This document shows, piece after piece, positions 58,765-64,000 of a stretch of 64,000 bases of DNA; within the stretch, counting starts at the first letter, position 1; every line of letters begins with the position of its first letter. Position numbers and translations under genes: made by a program. The DNA is from Mobula hypostoma (Eukaryota): NCBI RefSeq assembly GCF_963921235.1, contig NC_086097.1:184452001-184516000 (forward strand), read 5' to 3'. The notes under the pieces are model-generated. The model searched no databases and was not told the origin of the DNA. It saw only the letters and a list, made by a program, of their open reading frames with translations.

Positions 58765-61700
58765 AAGATTGCTGAGCCTCTGGTGATCTTTGCATCATCA
58801 GTGGGGATGGGAGAAGTTCCGGAGGATTGGAGGGTTGCAGATGTTGTTCCATTATTCAAGAAAGGGAGTAGAGATAGCCCAGGAAATTATAGACCAGTGA
58901 GTCTTTCTTCAGTGGTTGGTAAGTTGATGGAGAAGATCCTGAGAGGCAGGATTTATGAACATTTGGAGAGGCAGAAAATGATTAAGAATACTCAGCATGG
59001 CTTTATGAAAGGCAGGTCATGCCTTACGACTTATGAGCCTGATTGATTTTTTTGAGGATGTGACTAAATGTGTGTACCTCAATGCAAGAAGCATCAGAAA
59101 CAAAAGTGATGAACTGAGAGCTTGGATACATACATGGAATTATGATGTATTTGCCATTACAGAGACTTGGCTGGCACCAGGGCAGTAATGGATTCTCAAT
59201 TCCTGGATTTCAGTGCTTTAAAAGGAATAGAGAGGGCGGAAAAAGGGGAGGAGGGGTGACATTACTGGTCTGGGATACTATTACAGCTACAGAAAGGGTG
59301 GGTAATGTAGCAAGATCCTCTTTTGAGTCAGTATGGGTGGAAGTCAGGAACAGGAAGGGAGCAGTTACTCTATTAGGGGTATTCTATAGGCCCCCTGGTA
59401 GCAGCAGAGATACAGAGGAGCAGATTGGGAGGCAGATTTTGGAAAGGTGCAAAACTAACAGGGTTGTTATCATGGGTGACTTTAACTTCCCTAATATTGA
59501 TTGGCACCTGATTAGTTCCAACGGTTTAGATGGGGCAGAGTTAGTTAAGTGTGGCCAGGATGGATTCCTGTCAGTATGTGGACAGGCCGACCAGGGGGAA
59601 TGCCATACTAGATCTAGTACTAGGTAATGAACCTGGTCAGGTCACAGATCACTCAGTGGGTGAGCATCTGGGGGACAGTGACCACCGCTCCCTGGCCTTC
59701 AGCATTATCATGGAAAAGGATAGAATCAGAGGACAGGAAAATTTTTAATTGGGGAAAGGCAAATTATGAGGCTATAAGGCTAGAACTTGTGGGTGTGAAT
59801 TGGGATGATGTTTTTGCAGGGAAATGTACTATGGACATGTGGTCGATGTTTAGAGATCTCTTGCGGGATGTTAGGGATAAATTTGTCCTGGTGAGGAGTA
59901 TAAAGAATGGTAGGGTGAAGGAACCATGGGTGACAAGTGAGGTGGAAAATCTAGTCAGGTGGAAGAAGGCAGCATACTTGAGGTTTAGGAAGCAAGGATC
60001 AGTTGGGTCTATTGAGGAATATAGGGAAGCAAGAAAGGAGCTTAAGAAGGGGGCATGAGAAGGCCTTGGTGACTAGGGTAAAGGAAAACCCCAAGGCATT
60101 CTTCAATTATGTGAAGGAAAAAAAGGATGACAGGAGTGAAGGTAGAACCGATTGGAGATAAAGGTGGGAAGATGTGCCTGGAGGCTGTGGAAGTGAGCAA
60201 GGTCTTCAATGAATACTTCTTTGGTATTCACCAATGAGAGGGAACTTGATAGTGAGGACAATGAGTGAGGTTGATGTCCTGGAGTATGTTGATATTAAGG
60301 GAGAGGAGGTGTTGGAGTTGTTAAAATACATTAGGATGGATAAGTCCCCGGGGCCTGATGGAATATTCCCCAGGCTGCACCATGAGGCGAGAGAAGAGAT
60401 TGCTGAGCCTCTGGCTAGGATCTTTGTCATTGTCCACAGGAATGGTACCAGAGGATTGGAGGGAGGCGAATGTTGTCCCCTTGTTCAAAAAAGGTAGTAG
60501 GGATAGTTGGGGTAATTATAGACCAGTGAGCCTTGTGTCTGTGGTGGGAAAGCTGTTGGAAAAGATTTAGAGATAGGATCTATAGGCATTTAGAGAATCA
60601 TGGTCTGATCAGTGACAGTCAGCATGGCTTTGTGAAGGGCAGATCGTGTCTAACAAGCCTGATAGAGTTCTTTGAGGAGGTGACCAGGGATATAGATGAG
60701 GGTAGTGCAGTGGATGTGATCTATATGGATTTTAGTAAGGCATTTGACAAGGTTCCACACGGTAGGCTTATTCAGAAAGTTAGAAGGCATGGGATCCAGG
60801 GAAGTTTGGCCAGGTGGATTCAGAATTGGCTGCCTGTGGAAGACATTCAGATTGGAGGATTGTGACTAGTGGTGTCCCACAAGGATCTGTTCTGGGACCT
60901 CTACTTTTCGTGATTTTTATTAACGACCTGGATGTCGGGGTAGAAGGGTGGGTTGGCAAGTTTGCAGATGACACAAAAGTTGATGTTGTAGCTGGTGTAG
61001 AGGATTGTCAAAGATTGCAGAGAGACATTGATAGGATGCAGAAGTGGGCTGAGAAGTGGCAGATGGAGTTCAACCCGCAGAAGTGTGAGGTGGTACACTT
61101 TGGAAGGACAAACTCCAAGGCAGAGTACAAAGTAAATGGCAGGATACTTGGTCATGTGGAGGAGCAGAGGGATCTCAGGGTACATGTCTAGAGATCCCTG
61201 AAAAGCTTTCATAAGTTGAGGGATAGAGTTTAAGAGTCACGATGTAATGATGCAGTTCTATAAAACTCTGGTTAGGCCACACTTGGAGTATTGTGTCCAG
61301 TTCTGGTCACCTCACTATAGGAAGGATGTGGAAGCATTGGAAAGGGTACAGAGGAGATCTACCAGGATGCTGCCTGGTTTTAGAAAGTATGGATTATGAT
61401 CAGAGATTAAGGGAGCTAGGGCTTCACTCTTTGGAGAGAAGGAGGATGAGAGAAGACATGATAGAGGTGTACAAGATAATAGGAATAGATAAAGTGGATA
61501 GCCAGTGCCTCTTCACCCAGGTCACCACTGCTCAATACAAGAGGACATGGCTTTAAGGTAAGGGGTGGGAAGTTCAAGGGGGATATTAGAGGAAGGTTTT
61601 TTACTCAGTGGTTGGTGTGTGGAATGCACTGCCCGAGTCAGTGGTGGAGGCAGATACACTAGCGAAGTTTAAGAGACTACTAGACAGGTATATGGAGGAA

Positions 61701-62980
61701 ATTAAGGTGGGGGTTTATATGGGAGGCAGGGCTTGAGGGTCAGCACCACATTGTGGGCCGAAGGGCCTGTACTGTGCTGTACTATTCTATGTTCTACATA
61801 TTAAAGGTAGAGCAGTGGATGTAGTGTATATGAATTTCAGCAAGGCACTTGACAAGGTTGATTGAGAATGTAATGAGGCATGGGATCCAAGGGGACATTG
61901 CTTTGTGGATCCAGAACTGGCTTGCCCACAGAAGGCAAAGAATGGTTGTAGAGGGGTCATGTTCTGCATGGAGGTCGGTCACCAGTGGTGTCCCTCAGGG
62001 ATCTGTTCTGGGACTCCTACTCTTCATGATTATTATCAATGACCTGGATGAGGAAGTGGAGGGATGGGTTAGTAAATTTGTTGGGACACAAAGGTTGGAG
62101 GTGTTGTGGATAGTGTGGAGGGCTGTCAGACGTTACAGTGGGACATTGATAGGATGCAAAACTGGGCTGAGAAGTGGCAGATGAAGTTCAACCCAGATAA
62201 GTGTGAGGTGGTTCATTCTGGTAGGTCAATACGATGGCAGAATATAACATTAATGGTAAGACTTCTGGCAGTGTGGAGGATCAGAGGAATCTTGGGGTCC
62301 ATGTCCATAGGACACACAAAGCGGCTGCGTAGGTTGACTCTGTGGTTAAGAAAGCATACGGTGTATTGGCCTTCATCAATCATGGGATTGAGTTTAGGAG
62401 CCGAGAGGTAATGTTGCAGCAATATAGGACTCCGGTCAGACCCCACTTGGAGTACTGTGCTCAGTTCTGGTTGTCTCACTATAGGAAGGATGTGGAAACC
62501 ATAGAAAGGGTGCAGAGGAGATTTACAAGGACGTTGCCTTTACTGGAGAGCATGCCTTATGAGAATAGGTTAAGTGAATTCAACCTTTTTTGGGGTGACG
62601 GAGGATGAGAGGTGACCTGATATAGGTGTATAAGATGATGAGAGGCATTGATCATGTGAATAGTCAGAAGCTTTTTCCCAGGACTGAAATGGCTAGCATG
62701 AGAGGGCACAGTTTTAAGGTGCTTGGAAGTAGGTACAGAGGAGATGTCAGGGGTAAGTTTTTTTTTTACTCTGAGTGGTAAGTGTGTGGAATGGGTTGCC
62801 AGCGATGGTGGTGGAGGCGGATATGATAGGGTCTTTTAGGAGACTCCTGGACAGGTAAATGGAGCTTAGAAAAATAGAGGGCTATCGGTAACCCTAGGTA
62901 ATTTCTAAGGTAAGGACATGTTCAGCACTGCTTTGTGGGCTGAAGGGCCTGTATTGTGCTGTAGGTTTCCTGTTTCTAAA
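58765..62980 (+). mobile_element. Outer CR1 RT/3' element, split at 59067/61797 by a nested CR1
   Basis: ...HGFMKGRSCLT...FFEDVTK (to 59068) resumes ..GRAVDVVYMNFSKALDKV (from about 61797) and runs to a 3' tail at about 62975. Confidence 0.88.
59068..61795 (+). mobile_element. Inner CR1 spanning nearly all of ORF2 plus the 3' UTR (frameshifted)
   Basis: CVYLNARSIRNK, ITETW, YRPP, GDFNFPNIDW, SDH, KSPGPDG, DFSKAFDKV, KFADDTKV; tail GGGCCGAAGGGCCTGT...TATTCTATGTTCT. Confidence 0.93.
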
Positions 62981-64000
62981 GCACCCACACATAGAACATA
63001 AATAGAATGGGTATTTACAACAACAATTTTTGATACCACAGCACCAAATGTAATTTCTTAATCATTTTACTCTGCATATATTTATATCCATAATTAAAAA
63101 TGTAAAGATCTATCCTTTGTTGCCAGAGGAGGTGGTGCATGCAGATACAATTACAACATTTAAAAAAACATTTGAACAGATGATTTGGTTACAAAGACAT
63201 AGGGGGATATGGCCCTTATACAGGTAAATAGCATTAGTGTAGAAAGACATCTCAACTGGCATGGAACGGACCAAATTCTTTACTTCATATTTCCAACATT
63301 TTATGATCTCTACGGTAACAGGACTTGGCTTTTTACAATAAATATGGACAAAATTTAATGATCCTTCCTGCCAATGATGGAGCTTGAATTTTGAAAATTA
63401 TTTCTCACAGAAATACAACTTTGTAGTCTCTGATTAAGCATATTAAACCACAAGCAGTACATTTCTAATTTGCTAAATAAGCTGCCCGCCTCATGTACGA
63501 TCCAGTCATTGTTGTTGTATGTCAGAATTTTCCTTCTAATTATTTGTGAATTATAAAGAAACATTTGTGGCACTTTCAGTGAGCACAGAGCTGGAAGTAT
63601 AAGTTATTCTGTTAGGCAATTTACATAATGTATTTCAGCTGGGGAGACTGACTAATTTCCTATTCAACTCAGAACTGCTGCTGGTTGTGCTTTGAAAATA
63701 AGGTGGTTTATTCATTTTTCAGCATTAGTAACTTTCATTATCCAAGATCATTGACTTCGCAGCCCAGAGTATATTTTGAAATTAACTGCTCAGAAGGAAA
63801 ATTTAGGGGCTGGTTGGTGATGAGACTTAATGCTAAATCTACACGAGGCAATAAACATTTACTTTGTAATCTTCAGAAACCCAAGATTTGAAGAAGCTAC
63901 AAATTTAACCTACCTCTGTGAAAACTTACTTTCATGTTGAAAGTTGGAAAACATCTGCTGATAGATGCCCACATTGGTTGTGAGCTTTAGGATCTTCACT

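Overview
This is vertebrate DNA, most likely from a cartilaginous fish (ray or shark), judged only from its repeats: HER1-like CR1 LINEs, HE1/V-type tRNA SINEs, Rex1/Babar, RTE, Tx1, Penelope-like elements (PLEs) and Gypsy LTR elements. I recognise no intact host protein-coding exon. Nearly all long ORFs in the track come from transposable elements, so the window looks intronic or intergenic. The most striking feature is at 31584-32870: a Gypsy-derived fragment in which the pol region between the RT YxDD motif and the post-integrase tail is replaced by an intron-free, internally deleted class II myosin heavy chain rod (MYH16-like from memory). This looks like oncoretrovirus-style capture of a host mRNA. 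A related Gypsy element without myosin lies at 13908-15490 and confirms the flanking homology inside the window. Second, TSD-flanked palindromic mini-elements derived from the 3' end of a Neptune-type PLE occur several times; the youngest (12440-12664) carries an intact minimal hammerhead ribozyme motif on each strand. Also present: a non-coding mobile family that starts with a YY1 motif (3 copies), several nested insertions that can be ordered by their TSDs, and a tRNA-Glu pseudogene directly upstream of a SINE. All family assignments were made by eye and from memory, without database searches.
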